Below, piece by piece: positions 49,697-61,317 of a stretch of 64,000 nucleotides of DNA (position 1 is the stretch's first letter; every line of letters begins with the position of its first letter). The position numbers and the translations under genes were made by a program. This stretch comes from Phenylobacterium sp. (GTDB taxonomy: Bacteria; Pseudomonadota; Alphaproteobacteria; Caulobacterales; Caulobacteraceae): the NCBI RefSeq assembly GCF_016793225.1, contig NZ_JAEUMN010000081.1, positions 2,001 to 66,000 on the forward strand, read 5' to 3'. Under the pieces are notes generated by a model. The model made no database searches, was not told the DNA's origin, and saw only the letters and a program-made list of their open reading frames with translations.

Positions 49697-50224
49697 CTAC
49701 TTCTTCTCCGGGGCGGCGGGCAGGGGATCGCCCTCCGCCGGCCCCTGCGCCTTCATCTGGGGCTCGATGACGAACTGCTCGTGGCAGGCGACGCAGACCT
49801 CGTAGATGCGCCCGCCCTCGTCGAACACCGCCTTCTCGTCGTGCTTTTCGGCCGCGGCCCGGGCCAGCATCGCTCTCTCGCTGAGCATGCGGGAATACTT
49901 GTTCCAGTCGGCCTCGGGCGCTCGCGTCCGGCCCGGCATCTGCAGGACGTTGCCGGCCTCCACCAGCATGGTCGCGCCCGTCACCAGGACGTCCCAGCCC
50001 TCGTCGGTGGTGGGGTAGAGCGAATGCTCGCCCTTCTCGTCGACCATCGTCCCCGAGTTCTTCCAGATCATGAAGGCGGCGGGATCCACGAAGTGGCCCA
50101 TGAACTCGTTCATGGGGATCTCGGTGTTGAACTTGGCGCCGGGCGCGCCGCCCTTGCCCGGCGAGCAGGCGGCCAGGCCGGCGACAGCGGCGAACAGGAT
50201 CAGGCGTCTCAAGGCGTACTCCAT
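49697..50224 (-). CDS. Class II-type c cytochrome lipoprotein (heme site near the C-terminus)
   Basis: Lipobox LAACS and CVACHEQF about 30 residues from the C-terminus, as in the cytochrome c'/c556 family. Confidence 0.65.
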   Translation of the reverse strand: MEYALRRLILFAAVAGLAACSPGKGGAPGAKFNTEIPMNEFMGHFVDPAAFMIWKNSGTMVDEKGEHSLYPTTDEGWDVLVTGATMLVEAGNVLQMPGRTRAPEADWNKYSRMLSERAMLARAAAEKHDEKAVFDEGGRIYEVCVACHEQFVIEPQMKAQGPAEGDPLPAAPEKK

Positions 50225-50416
50225 CTCGTCACGTCGCAGACTAGCCGCCTTGCGCGCGCCGCGCACCGTACTGAACCGTAGCGCCGGGGTTACATGAGCG
50301 CCCACTCCCGCGAGAGGCGAACGTCGTTTCCCGAGCGTCCCTCTGCGCGTAGGGTGTCTGCGACACGACCATCGCCCGCCGACACGGGGCCGGCGAACCC
50401 TGACGGGGGAGCTACG

Positions 50417-51148
50417 ATGCGACGTCTCCTGGCTGGCGCCATGGCCGCTTTGGCCGTGGGCGGGGCCGCTCATGCAGCAGACTATGTTGTCGTCAACGTC
50501 TCGGGCACGGCCATGCCGTGGCTGTGGGAAGATGGCGGCCTCAACACCGACTACCAGTTCGGGATCCAGGACGGGACCGGACCTGCGATCTTCGACTTCG
50601 CCGACCTGGGCATCGGCGAAGGGGACAGCTTCGGCGTCCTCTTCGTGCCGGGCGGCCTGATCGATGTGTTCGGCGGCCCGCCCAGCGTCGACAACCGCGG
50701 CGACACGGCGACTGGCATCAAGAACGACACCCTGGGCTTCTCGGGGACCGCGTTCCCCAGCCTGTACATGTCGGGCGAGTACCAGACCGAGGCCCACGCC
50801 GGGGTGCACCTGGGCGCCCTCGTCGGGACCTACGCTGACGACGCCGGCAGCGTCCTGGGCCCCTTCTCGCTGGGCACCGTCTTTGACGACGGGTCCTGGC
50901 TGGTCGGGTTCTCGACGTCGCGGGGCGCCGGGATCACCCGCCTGCAGTTCGGCATCAACGACGACATCTTCGCCGACAACACCGGATCGTTCCAGGTGTG
51001 CATCGACCGGGCGGACGACGCCTGCTTCAACGCCTTCTACGGCAACGGCGGCGGGGCGGTTCCCGAACCGGGGACGTGGGCCTTGATGATCGCCGGCTTC
51101 GGCCTGGCGGGCGCGACTCTGCGCCGGCGGCGAGCGCTCGCAGCCTGA
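50417..51148 (+). CDS. PEPxxWA-CTERM (PEP-CTERM-like) sorting-domain protein
   Basis: Signal MRRLLAGAMAALAVGGAAHA; C-terminus VPEPGTWALMIAGFGLAGATLRRRR. Confidence 0.75.
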   Translation: MRRLLAGAMAALAVGGAAHAADYVVVNVSGTAMPWLWEDGGLNTDYQFGIQDGTGPAIFDFADLGIGEGDSFGVLFVPGGLIDVFGGPPSVDNRGDTATGIKNDTLGFSGTAFPSLYMSGEYQTEAHAGVHLGALVGTYADDAGSVLGPFSLGTVFDDGSWLVGFSTSRGAGITRLQFGINDDIFADNTGSFQVCIDRADDACFNAFYGNGGGAVPEPGTWALMIAGFGLAGATLRRRRALAA

Positions 51149-51340
51149 GCGCGCGGGGGAGGCCGGCGCGGTCAGCACGGCCGGCCTCCCGACGCGCACT
51201 CATGCCCTCGCAAGCTGCGCATGAGGGCAGAATGATGCGCCTTGCGCTGACGCGACGGCTGATGTCTACCTCCGCGGGCTGAAACCTCGGCAAACGGCCG
51301 CCGTTTGCCGTAGAGTGCGTCGTCCCCCCGCGAGGCTCCC

Positions 51341-52723
51341 TTGACCACCCAACCGACGCCGCCCCCCGCGGCCACCGCCCTGGAGCTCATCGGCCGCACG
51401 CCGATGGTCGAGCTGCAGGACTTCGACACCGGCCCCTGCCGCCTGTTCGTCAAGCTGGAGAGCGCCAACCCCGGCGGCTCCATCAAGGACCGCATCGCCC
51501 GCTCGATGATCGAGGCGGCCGAGGCGGACGGGTCGCTGAAGCCGGGCGGCGTGATCGTCGAGGCCACCGCCGGCAACACCGGCCTGGGCCTCGCCCAGGT
51601 CGGGATCCTCAAGGGCTACAAGCTGCTCCTCGTGGTCCCCGACAAGATGGCGCGGGAGAAGATCCAGCACCTGCGGGCCATGGGCGTCGACGTGCGGATC
51701 ACCCGCTCGGACGTGGGCAAGGGCCACCCGGAATACTACCAGGACATGGCCGCGGCGATCGCGGCCAAGCTGAACAACGCCGTCTACATCAACCAGTTCT
51801 CCAACCCGGCGAACCCGCTGGCGCACGAAACCTCCACCGGCCCCGAGATCCTGGAGCAGATGGGCGGCGACGTGGACGCGGTCGTGGTGGGCGTGGGCTC
51901 GGGCGGCACGCTGACGGGCCTGGGCCGCTTCTTCCGCAAGGCCTCGCCGAAGACGAAGATGGTCCTGGCCGATCCCGTGGGCTCGATCCTCGCGCCCCTG
52001 GTCGAGCGCGGCGAGAAGGTCGAGCCCGGCTCTTGGGTGGTGGAGGGCATCGGCGAGGACTTCATCCCCGACAACTGCGACCTCGACCTGGTGGCCAAGG
52101 CCTACGAGATCCCCGACGCCGAGAGCATCGCCACCGCCCGCCTGCTCCTGACCAAGGCCGGCATCCTCGGCGGATCCTCGTCTGGGACGCTGCTCGCGGG
52201 CGCCCTGCGCTACTGCCGCGAGCAGACGGAGCCCAAGCGGGTGGTCACGCTCGTGTGCGACACCGGCAGCCGCTACCTCTCCAAGGTCTACAACGACAGC
52301 TGGGTCGCCGAGCAGGGCCTGGTCGACCGCGAGCTGCACGGCGACCTGCGCGACCTGATCGCCCGCAGCACGGGCGACGCGGTCACCGTCGGCCCGGACG
52401 ACACCCTGCTCACCGCCTACAACCGCATGCGCGCCGCCGACGTGAGCCAGCTCCCCGTGCTGGACGACGGGCGCCTGATCGGCCTGATCGACGAGAGCGA
52501 CCTGCTGGAGGCCGTCGAGGATCGCCGCCAGGACCAGCGCTTCCGCCAGCCCGTCGCCACCGCCATGACGGCCAAGCTGCACACCCTGCAGGCCGGCGAG
52601 CCTCTCGACGCCTTGCTTCCGATCTTCGAGCGTGACGAGGTGGCGATCGTGATGGAGGGCCGCGAGTTCCTGGGCCTCATCACGCGCATCGACCTGATCA
52701 ACTACCTGAGGCGCGCGGCGTGA
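51341..52723 (+). CDS. Cystathionine beta-synthase (PLP domain + CBS pair)
   Basis: TTG start; KLESANPGGSIKDR PLP-Lys motif; C-terminal tandem CBS domains. Confidence 0.85.
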   Translation: MTTQPTPPPAATALELIGRTPMVELQDFDTGPCRLFVKLESANPGGSIKDRIARSMIEAAEADGSLKPGGVIVEATAGNTGLGLAQVGILKGYKLLLVVPDKMAREKIQHLRAMGVDVRITRSDVGKGHPEYYQDMAAAIAAKLNNAVYINQFSNPANPLAHETSTGPEILEQMGGDVDAVVVGVGSGGTLTGLGRFFRKASPKTKMVLADPVGSILAPLVERGEKVEPGSWVVEGIGEDFIPDNCDLDLVAKAYEIPDAESIATARLLLTKAGILGGSSSGTLLAGALRYCREQTEPKRVVTLVCDTGSRYLSKVYNDSWVAEQGLVDRELHGDLRDLIARSTGDAVTVGPDDTLLTAYNRMRAADVSQLPVLDDGRLIGLIDESDLLEAVEDRRQDQRFRQPVATAMTAKLHTLQAGEPLDALLPIFERDEVAIVMEGREFLGLITRIDLINYLRRAA

Positions 52724-53895
52724 CCGACGAGACTTCCAGGGGCCGCAACCGGCTGGACTTCGCCACGCGGGCCATCCACGGCGGCCAGGCGCACGATCCG
52801 ACGACCGGCGCCGTCACGGTGCCGATCTACGCCACCTCGACCTACGCCCAGTCCAGCCCGGGCGTGCACCAGGGCTTCGAGTATTCGCGCAGCCACAATC
52901 CCACACGCTTCGCCCTCGAGCGCGGCGTCGCCGACCTCGAGAGCGGGACGCGCGGCTACGCCTTCGCCTCGGGGCTGGCGGCCATGGCGACGCTGCTGGA
53001 CGTGCTGGACGCCGGCGACCACGTGGTCGCGAGCGAGGACCTCTACGGCGGCTCGTTCCGGCTGTTCGACAAGGTGCGCGCCCGCTCGGCCGGTCTCGCG
53101 TTCAGCTACGTCGACCTGGCCGACGTGGCGGCGATCGAGGCGGCGATCACGCCGCGCACCCGCATGGTGTGGGTGGAGACGCCCACGAACCCGCTGCTGC
53201 GCCTGGCCGACCTGGAGGCGATCGCGGACCTCTGCCGCCGCCGCGGCCTGATCGCGGCCGCCGACAACACCTTCGCCAGCCCCTATGTGCAGCGCCCGCT
53301 GGAGCTGGGGTTCGACGTGGTGATGCACTCCACCACCAAGTACATCGGCGGCCACTCGGACGTGGTCGGCGGCGCCCTGGCGGTGGGCGACAACGCCGAG
53401 CTCCGCGACCGGCTCACCTTCCTGCAGAACGCGGTGGGGGCGGTGGCCTCGCCGTTCGACAGCTTCCTCACCCTGCGGGGGATGAAGACCCTGGCCCTGC
53501 GCATGCAGCGTCACTGCGAGAACGCCCAGGCCATCGCCGAGTGGCTGGAGGCGCGCCCCGGCGTGGGCCGCGTGATCTACCCCGGCCTGCCCAGCCACCC
53601 CCAGCACGACCTGGCGCGGCGGCAGATGCAGGGCTTCGGCGGCATGATCACCGTGGTGCTCGACCGCGACCTCGAGGGGACGCGGCGGTTCCTGGAGCGC
53701 ACCCGCCTGTTCACCCTCGCCGAGAGCCTGGGCGGCGTGGAGAGCCTGATCGAGCATCCGGCCATCATGACCCACGCCTCGATCCCCGCGGAGACGCGCG
53801 AGCGGATCGGCATCTCGGACGGCCTGGTGCGCCTGTCGGTCGGCGTCGAGGACGTGGGCGACCTCATCGCCGACCTGGAGCAGGCGCTGGCCTGA
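52720..53895 (+). CDS. Cystathionine gamma-lyase / Cys-Met PLP-dependent enzyme
   Basis: GTG overlaps the upstream TGA; HSTTKYIGGHSD PLP-Lys motif. Confidence 0.85.
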   Translation: MTDETSRGRNRLDFATRAIHGGQAHDPTTGAVTVPIYATSTYAQSSPGVHQGFEYSRSHNPTRFALERGVADLESGTRGYAFASGLAAMATLLDVLDAGDHVVASEDLYGGSFRLFDKVRARSAGLAFSYVDLADVAAIEAAITPRTRMVWVETPTNPLLRLADLEAIADLCRRRGLIAAADNTFASPYVQRPLELGFDVVMHSTTKYIGGHSDVVGGALAVGDNAELRDRLTFLQNAVGAVASPFDSFLTLRGMKTLALRMQRHCENAQAIAEWLEARPGVGRVIYPGLPSHPQHDLARRQMQGFGGMITVVLDRDLEGTRRFLERTRLFTLAESLGGVESLIEHPAIMTHASIPAETRERIGISDGLVRLSVGVEDVGDLIADLEQALA

Positions 53896-53899
53896 GTCC

Positions 53900-54553
53900 T
53901 CAGGCGGCGGCCGTGCGGCGCCGTGTGCGGATGGCGGTCCCCACCGCGCCGAAGCCGAGGATCATCATCGCCCACGTGGCGGGCTCGGGAATGCCCCCCG
54001 TGGGAATCGCCGTCACCTCGAAGGCGATGTTGTCGATGCCCACGTCGTAGGCGTCCGGGCCCCACTGGATCCGGATGCCGTCGGAGCGGGTGAGGTTCGA
54101 CGCGAACGACTGATGCGTGGCGCCGATGATCAGGTTGGGGAAGGCGCCAAGCACGTCCCCGTTCCCCCCGAGGAGGGTGACCTGCGAGCTTCGGTTGTCC
54201 CCGCCGTAGGACCCCAGGTCGAAGCCGAGAAGGGTGACCTGGAAACCCGCCAGGGGGCGGAGAAAGACTTCGCTGACCCCGCCCGGATCCCCCCAGGCCA
54301 CGCCGTTGAGGTCGCTGTAGACGTTCCACCACGACAACGACCCGCCGTTGGGCTGGGACCGCTTGTACTCGACGTCCAGCTGGCCGGCGATGTCGCCATA
54401 GCTCTGCAGGATGCTCGCGTAGTTGCTGCATCCGCCCGAGCAGGCGCCCCCGTCGAAGGTGAGCACGTCCGCCGTGGCGATGGTCGGCGCGGCCGCCAGC
54501 ACCGTTGCGATCGCCGCCCCGATGGCGGTCGCGGTCTTGATTTCGAACGACAT
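53900..54553 (-). CDS. PEPxxWA-CTERM sorting-domain protein (second copy of the class)
   Basis: MSFEIKTATAIGAAIATVLAAAPTIATA signal; C-terminus IPEPATWAMMILGFGAVGTAIRTRRR. Confidence 0.75.
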   Translation of the reverse strand: MSFEIKTATAIGAAIATVLAAAPTIATADVLTFDGGACSGGCSNYASILQSYGDIAGQLDVEYKRSQPNGGSLSWWNVYSDLNGVAWGDPGGVSEVFLRPLAGFQVTLLGFDLGSYGGDNRSSQVTLLGGNGDVLGAFPNLIIGATHQSFASNLTRSDGIRIQWGPDAYDVGIDNIAFEVTAIPTGGIPEPATWAMMILGFGAVGTAIRTRRRTAAA

Positions 54554-54945
54554 GAAAACCCCTGCCTGCTGTTCAACGTCAGGCGATGCTGGCCCGCGGC
54601 GGCCTGGCCGCGCATCCTGCAAACGGATGATCCCCAGGAGGCGAGTGCCTGCCTGCACCGCGGCGGGGCGCGCCGCTCGCGCCCCGGCGCCGTGATCGTG
54701 ACCGGGCGCTGCGCGCCAACCGCGATCGCACGAAATCACCCCGAAACCGGGCGTTGAGCCGAGCGATCGTTCGCCCCGGCCAGCATCTGGGGGCGCGCGC
54801 TTCCCGCGCCTCCCGCAGCCCCCCGAACGACTAGGCCTGTTTCGACGCCGAAACACGGGCGCGGCGCGATTGACGACCCTGCGGGCCTGCGGTTGGCTGA
54901 CGGGATCGGGCGCCCGCCAGAGGCGCCATCCGGAGGAATGTCGAG

Positions 54946-56451
54946 ATGACCACGGCCCTCGCCGCGGCCGATCGCCTGCCGCTTCGCACCAAGCTCGCGT
55001 TCGGCGTGGGAAGCGCCGCGGAGGCGATCGCGCTCTATGCGGTGCTCACCTACGTCATGCTGTTCTACAACCAGGTGCAGGGCGTCCCCGCGCACTGGGT
55101 CGGCATCGCCATCTTCTGGAGCCTGATCCTCGACGGGCTGACCGAGCCGATCGTCGGCTCCTGGTCCGACCGCACGAAGTCGAAGATGGGCCGGCGGCAC
55201 CCGTGGATGTACGCCGCCCCGTTCCCGATCGCGCTCAGCTTCTACTTCATCTTCGTGCCGCCGGCCGGCCTCAGCGAGCTGCAGCTCGCCATCTGGTGCG
55301 GGGTGTGGGTGGCGGTCCTGCGGCAGGTGATGACCTTCTTCCACACGCCGCACCTGGCGCTGGGGGCCGAGCTGTCGCCGCACTACACCGAGCGCTCCAA
55401 GGTGATGGCCTACGTCAGCTTCTTCAGCTGGGCGGGCGCATCGTCCATGGCCTGGATCGCGCTGACCTACTTCTTCCCGAGCACGCCCGAGTACCGCAAC
55501 GGCCTGCTGAACCCGGAGCCGTGGAGCACCTTCGCCCTGGTGTTCGCCATCGCCATCGTGGTGGTGCTGTTCGGGTCGGCGTGGTTCACCCGCGACCGGA
55601 TCCCGTACCTGCCGCAGCCCGCGGCCGACACGCCGAAGTTCAGCGCCGCGGAGTTCATCAGCGACATCTGGAAGGCGCTGCGGAACGTCAACTACGTCTG
55701 GCTGCTGGTGGGCTACTTCTTCCTGTCGATGATGATCGGCCTGCGCGAGAGCCTGCGGATGCACGCCGCGCTCTTCTACTGGCAGTTCACCACCGAGGAG
55801 CTGCGCTACTTCATCATCGGCAGCTTCGCCGGCTACGTGACCGCCTTCATCTTCGCCGCGAAGATGCACGGCCGCTACGACAAGCGGCGGACGGCGATCA
55901 TCTCGTGCCTGATCTACTCGGTGGTGCCGGCGATCCCGCTGGCCCTCGGCATGGCCGGCGTCCTCACGCCGCAGACGCCGAACCTGCTCGCCATCCTGAT
56001 CGCCATGGGCGCCGTCGGCTATGGCGCCGCCGCGGTCATGAGCATCAGCGTGATGTCGATGCTGGCGGACATCGCCGACGAGAACGAGCTGCGCTTCGGG
56101 GTGCGCCAGGAGGGCATCCTGTACTCCACGCGGGCGCTGTCGGCGAAGATCGACCAGGCGATCGGCTCGCTGCTGGCCGGCTGGGTGCTGGTGGCCATCG
56201 CCTTCCCCGAGAAGGCGAAGCCGGGCGAGGTCGATCCGGGCGTGCTCTACAGCCTGGCGGCCTGGGACGGCGTGCTGGCGGCGATCCCGGGGGTGATCGC
56301 GGCGCTCTGCTACGGCCGCTACCGGATCAACAAGGAGACCTACGAGGCCACCCGCGCCGCGCTGGCGGCGCGCCGGGTGACCCCGCCGGCCTCGGCTCCG
56401 CCGACCGTCGCGGGCGGGCCCGCGGCGGCGGTCGTCACGCCGGCGGAGTAG
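54946..56451 (+). CDS. MFS transporter, glycoside-pentoside-hexuronide (GPH) type
   Basis: 501 aa, 12 TM; GPH-like motif DGLTEPIVGSWSDRT after TM2. Confidence 0.8.
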   Translation: MTTALAAADRLPLRTKLAFGVGSAAEAIALYAVLTYVMLFYNQVQGVPAHWVGIAIFWSLILDGLTEPIVGSWSDRTKSKMGRRHPWMYAAPFPIALSFYFIFVPPAGLSELQLAIWCGVWVAVLRQVMTFFHTPHLALGAELSPHYTERSKVMAYVSFFSWAGASSMAWIALTYFFPSTPEYRNGLLNPEPWSTFALVFAIAIVVVLFGSAWFTRDRIPYLPQPAADTPKFSAAEFISDIWKALRNVNYVWLLVGYFFLSMMIGLRESLRMHAALFYWQFTTEELRYFIIGSFAGYVTAFIFAAKMHGRYDKRRTAIISCLIYSVVPAIPLALGMAGVLTPQTPNLLAILIAMGAVGYGAAAVMSISVMSMLADIADENELRFGVRQEGILYSTRALSAKIDQAIGSLLAGWVLVAIAFPEKAKPGEVDPGVLYSLAAWDGVLAAIPGVIAALCYGRYRINKETYEATRAALAARRVTPPASAPPTVAGGPAAAVVTPAE

Positions 56452-56452
56452 C

Positions 56453-57223
56453 TCAGCCGGGCCGCATCGCTTCCAGCAGGCTGCCGGTGTAGGCGGCGTG
56501 GCCCACATGGGTGAGCCGCGCCGAGACGTCCGCCCAGATCTCGCCGCCCAGGTCGCGCCAGCGGCGGCAGAAGGCGTAGTCCTCCGACAGGTACTGGCCG
56601 GTCTCGGGCTCGATCATGGTGTCGAACACCATGACGGCTTCGGGCGCCTGGGCGTCGGCCATGTCGCGCATCTTGGCGCGCAGCTGCGGATAGGCGTCGA
56701 ACAGGCGCTGCATCGCGGCGCGCCGGATCATCAGGAAGCCGGTTCCGCCATAGGCCACCTGAGCGTAGCCGTCGTTCACCTCGATGCTGTTGTCCGGCGT
56801 GGGCAGGAAGCGGACCACGTAGCCGATGGCCGCCGTCTGCAGGTCCTTCACCCCGGCCAGGGCCGCGCGGCGCACCTTCTCCCAGTCGATCTGCTTCAGC
56901 GGGCAGACGGCGGCGATGACGTCCTTCTCGGCCTCCAGCAGGCGGAAGACGTTCTCGGGCCGGAAGCCGATGTCGGCGTCGATGTAGAGGATGTGGGTGG
57001 CCTGCGGATGCGCCAGGAACTGGGCCGCCAGCCGCGAGCGGCCGCGCGTGATCAGGGCCTCGCCGCCCATCATCTCCACGTGCAGGCCGATCCCCTTCAC
57101 CCGGCAGGCCTCCTGCAGGTCGAGCAGGGACTTCACGAAATAGAGGTTCAGCTGGCCGCCGTAGCAGGGGACGGCGAGGTAGATGTAGGGGGACGGGCTC
57201 TGGGACGGCATGGCGGCGACCAT
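56453..57223 (-). CDS. Conserved hypothetical, glycosyltransferase-A-like fold suspected
   Basis: YLAVPCYGG... and YIDADIGF (DxD-like) motifs. Start 57223 or 57211. Confidence 0.55.
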   Translation of the reverse strand: MVAAMPSQSPSPYIYLAVPCYGGQLNLYFVKSLLDLQEACRVKGIGLHVEMMGGEALITRGRSRLAAQFLAHPQATHILYIDADIGFRPENVFRLLEAEKDVIAAVCPLKQIDWEKVRRAALAGVKDLQTAAIGYVVRFLPTPDNSIEVNDGYAQVAYGGTGFLMIRRAAMQRLFDAYPQLRAKMRDMADAQAPEAVMVFDTMIEPETGQYLSEDYAFCRRWRDLGGEIWADVSARLTHVGHAAYTGSLLEAMRPG

Positions 57224-57233
57224 AGTGGCGCCC

Positions 57234-57611
57234 TCAGGCCCGCGCCATACGCCGCACCGCCAGGAAGCCCGCGACGGCCAGCCCCACGCCCAGGGCGTCG
57301 GCGGCGAGATCCATGGGATCGGCGTGCCGGCCCGTCGGGGCGAGGCCCTGCAGGACTTCGATGGCCAGGCCGTAGGCGAGGGCGAACGCCGGAATGGCGA
57401 GCACCCGCCGCGGGGCCAGCGCATAGCCGGTCGCGGTCAGGACGAACCAGGCGGCCGTGTGCTCGAAGCGATCGCCCGTGCCGGGGTCCGGCAGATCCTG
57501 CGAGGGCAGGAGGCACAACACGAGCAGGATCGCCGCGGCCAGGGCGTAGAGGGCGAGCCTGAGGGGTCGCGCGAAACGGTAGGGGAGCATCAGCCTCACT
57601 TGCACCGGCAA
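57234..57611 (-). CDS. VanZ-like membrane protein
   Basis: 125 aa, 4 TM; EHTAAWFVL and EVLQGL...R motifs resemble the VanZ family. Confidence 0.55.
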   Translation of the reverse strand: MPVQVRLMLPYRFARPLRLALYALAAAILLVLCLLPSQDLPDPGTGDRFEHTAAWFVLTATGYALAPRRVLAIPAFALAYGLAIEVLQGLAPTGRHADPMDLAADALGVGLAVAGFLAVRRMARA

Positions 57612-57646
57612 TCATGGCCCCCTAGCGTCCGCGCCGCGAAGAATTG

Positions 57647-58306
57647 ATGCAGGAGCTGTGCGTGGCGGTCGAGGCGGTGATCTGGGATTTCGGCGGGGTC
57701 TTCACCTCCTCGCCCTTCGAGGCCTTCAATCGCCTGGAGGAGGAGCTGGGCGCGCCGAAGGACCACATCCGGCGGGTGAACGCCACCAACGGCGACCACA
57801 ACGCCTGGGCCCTGTTCGAGCGCAACGAGATCGACACGGCGCGCTTCGACCAGCTGTTCCTGGAAGAATCCACCGCCCTGGGCTTCCCGATCCGCGGAGC
57901 CGACGTCCTGCCGCGGCTGTCCGGACAGCTTCGCCCGCGCATGGTCGAGGCGCTGAGGGCCTGCAAGGCGCAGTTCAAGGTGGGCTGCATCACCAACAAC
58001 GTGGTGTCCGAGCACTCGCCGGGCCAGTCCGAGGGCCAGCGGATGGCCGGCGCCATGGCGACCGTCATGCCCCTGTTCGACGCCATCATCGAGAGCAGCA
58101 AGGCGGGCGTGCGCAAGCCGGACCCGCGCATCTACCTGATGATGTGCGACCTGCTGGCGGTGCAGCCGGAGAACTGCGTCTACCTCGACGACCTGGGCAT
58201 CAACTGCAAGCCGGCCGCCGGGCTCGGCATGAAGGCCATCAAGGTGGTGGACGTCGACCAGACGCTGGCCGAGCTCTCCGCGGCGACGGGGCTCGAGTTC
58301 CCGTGA
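57647..58306 (+). CDS. HAD-superfamily hydrolase (epoxide-hydrolase N-terminal phosphatase-like)
   Basis: VIWDFGGV (motif I DxG), CITNN, KPDPRIY, YLDDLG. Confidence 0.8.
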   Translation: MQELCVAVEAVIWDFGGVFTSSPFEAFNRLEEELGAPKDHIRRVNATNGDHNAWALFERNEIDTARFDQLFLEESTALGFPIRGADVLPRLSGQLRPRMVEALRACKAQFKVGCITNNVVSEHSPGQSEGQRMAGAMATVMPLFDAIIESSKAGVRKPDPRIYLMMCDLLAVQPENCVYLDDLGINCKPAAGLGMKAIKVVDVDQTLAELSAATGLEFP

Positions 58307-58596
58307 CCCGGCCGGCGAAGATCGGCGCCGAGGCGGCCCTGGCTGGCCTTCCGGGCTGGCGCAGGGTCGAGGGCGACCGCGACGCCATCTGCAGGAGCTT
58401 CCGGTTCAAGGACTTCAACGAGGCCTTCGGCTTCATGACGCGCGTGGCGATCCGGGCCGATCAGCTCGACCATCACCCCGAGTGGTTCAACGTGTACAAC
58501 CGCGTCGACGTGACCCTGGCCACTCACGACGCTGACGGCGTGACCCAGCTGGACGTGACGCTGGCGACGTTCATGAACGAGGCGGCCGGCGGGTAG
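58303..58596 (+). CDS. Pterin-4a-carbinolamine dehydratase
   Basis: GTG overlaps the upstream TGA; [15 protein letters not shown]...DHHPEW motif. 97 aa. Confidence 0.85.
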   Translation: MTRPAKIGAEAALAGLPGWRRVEGDRDAICRSFRFKDFNEAFGFMTRVAIRADQLDHHPEWFNVYNRVDVTLATHDADGVTQLDVTLATFMNEAAGG

Positions 58597-58613
58597 CCGC
58601 GCGGACGACGGCC

Positions 58614-59009
58614 TCAGTTCACGACGATGGCGCCCAGCAGCACGCGCGCGCCGGGACGGCCGAGGATCGCGTCGGTGTGCCGCTGCAGCTGCTGGGCGAG
58701 GTAGTCGGCGTTGGGCAGGGCGCCCGGCGCGAGCCCCGCGGCATAGGCCTGGACCGACTGCACGTAGGCGGCGCGCAGGCGGGGGGCCGACTGCTCGGCC
58801 CGCAGGCGCAGCGCCGGGTCGGGCACGTCCAGCCCGCAGTCGACCGCCAGCACGCCGCGGCGTCCGCTCGAGCGGATGGTGGTGCCAAGCAGGGTCTGGA
58901 GAGGCAGGTACGAACCGCCGCCGGACTTCTTCTTGTCCTCGGCGGCGAGGGCGAGCGCCGGGATCAGGGTCGAGGCGGCCGCAAGGCTCAGGAGTCGGCG
59001 GCGTTCCAT
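58614..59009 (-). CDS. Hypothetical exported protein (Tat-like signal)
   Basis: MERRRLLSLAAASTLIPALALAA; 131 aa. Confidence 0.5.
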   Translation of the reverse strand: MERRRLLSLAAASTLIPALALAAEDKKKSGGGSYLPLQTLLGTTIRSSGRRGVLAVDCGLDVPDPALRLRAEQSAPRLRAAYVQSVQAYAAGLAPGALPNADYLAQQLQRHTDAILGRPGARVLLGAIVVN

Positions 59010-59074
59010 GGCCTGAAGCCTCGCCGATCATGGTTAGCGGTCTCTTTACGTGCGCCTGCAACAACCGCGGCTAA

Positions 59075-60151
<1,077 letters not shown>

Positions 60152-60152
60152 C

Positions 60153-61316
60153 GTGGCCGACAGCGTCCTTCCGTACGGCCGCCAGACCATCGATGACGAC
60201 GACATCGCCGCAGTGGCCGACGCGCTCCGCGGCGACTTCCTGACGACCGGCCCGACGGTGGAGGCCTTCGAGCGGGCCTTCGCCGAGACGGTGGGCGCGC
60301 GACACGCCGTCGCCTGCGCCAACGGCACGGCGGCGCTGCACCTGGCCATGCTGGCGCTGAAGGTGCAGCCGGGCGAGGTGGTGATCGCGCCGTCGATCAC
60401 CTTCCTGGCCACCGCCAACTGCGCGCGCTACGTGGGCGCCGACGTGATCTTCGCCGACGTGGATCCGGCCAGCGGGCTGATGACGCCCGAGACCCTGGCC
60501 GCGGCCCTCGAGAGGCTCGCCGGCCGGCGGCTGCGCGCCGTCCTGCCGGTGCACCTGCGCGGCGACGCCTGCGAGCTTCCGGCGCTGGAGGCGCTGGCAG
60601 GCCGGCATGGCGCCGTCCTCGTGGAGGACGCGCCGCACGCGCTCGGAACCACCGCGACCTTCGGGAACGCCGCCGAGACCATCGGCGACGTGCGCCATTC
60701 GGCCATGGCGACCTTCTCGTTCCATCCGGTGAAGACCATCGCCACCGGCGAAGGCGGAATGGTCACCACCAACGACGCCGCTCTGGCCGAGCGCCTGCGG
60801 ACCCTGCGCTCGCACGGCATGACGCGGCCGCCGGGCGCGGACCCCTGGTGGTACGAGATGTCCGAGCCGGGCTTCAACTACCGCCTGCCCGACATCCTCT
60901 GTGCGCTGGGCCTGTCGCAGCTGCGGAAGCTGCCTGCGTTCGCGGCGCGCCGCCGTGCGCTCGCCGCCGCCTACATCGAGGCGCTGGCGCCGCTGGCCCC
61001 CTTGGTGACGCCCGCCGCCACCCCGCCGTGGAGCGACCCCGTGCTCCACCTGATGACCGTTCTGATCGATTTCGACCGCGCCGGGCTCAGCCGCCGCGCC
61101 GTGGTCGAGGGCCTGAGGGCCCGCGGGGTCGGCAGCCAGGTCCACTACATTCCGGTGCACAGCCAGCCGTACTACCGCGGGCTTTACGGCGAGCCGTCGC
61201 TGCCGGGCGCCGAGGCCTGGTACGCGCGCTGCCTGTCGCTGCCCCTCTATCCGGGGATGGCGGACGGCGACGTCGGCCGCGTGGTGGACGCGCTGCGCGA
61301 GACGCTGCGGCTTTAG
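60153..61316 (+). CDS. pseC: DegT/DnrJ/EryC1 aminotransferase, PseC/FlmB-like
   Basis: LPYGRQTIDDDD, TGPTVEAFE, FSFHPVKTIATGEGG (PLP Lys). Confidence 0.85.
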   Translation: MADSVLPYGRQTIDDDDIAAVADALRGDFLTTGPTVEAFERAFAETVGARHAVACANGTAALHLAMLALKVQPGEVVIAPSITFLATANCARYVGADVIFADVDPASGLMTPETLAAALERLAGRRLRAVLPVHLRGDACELPALEALAGRHGAVLVEDAPHALGTTATFGNAAETIGDVRHSAMATFSFHPVKTIATGEGGMVTTNDAALAERLRTLRSHGMTRPPGADPWWYEMSEPGFNYRLPDILCALGLSQLRKLPAFAARRRALAAAYIEALAPLAPLVTPAATPPWSDPVLHLMTVLIDFDRAGLSRRAVVEGLRARGVGSQVHYIPVHSQPYYRGLYGEPSLPGAEAWYARCLSLPLYPGMADGDVGRVVDALRETLRL

Positions 61317-61317
61317 T

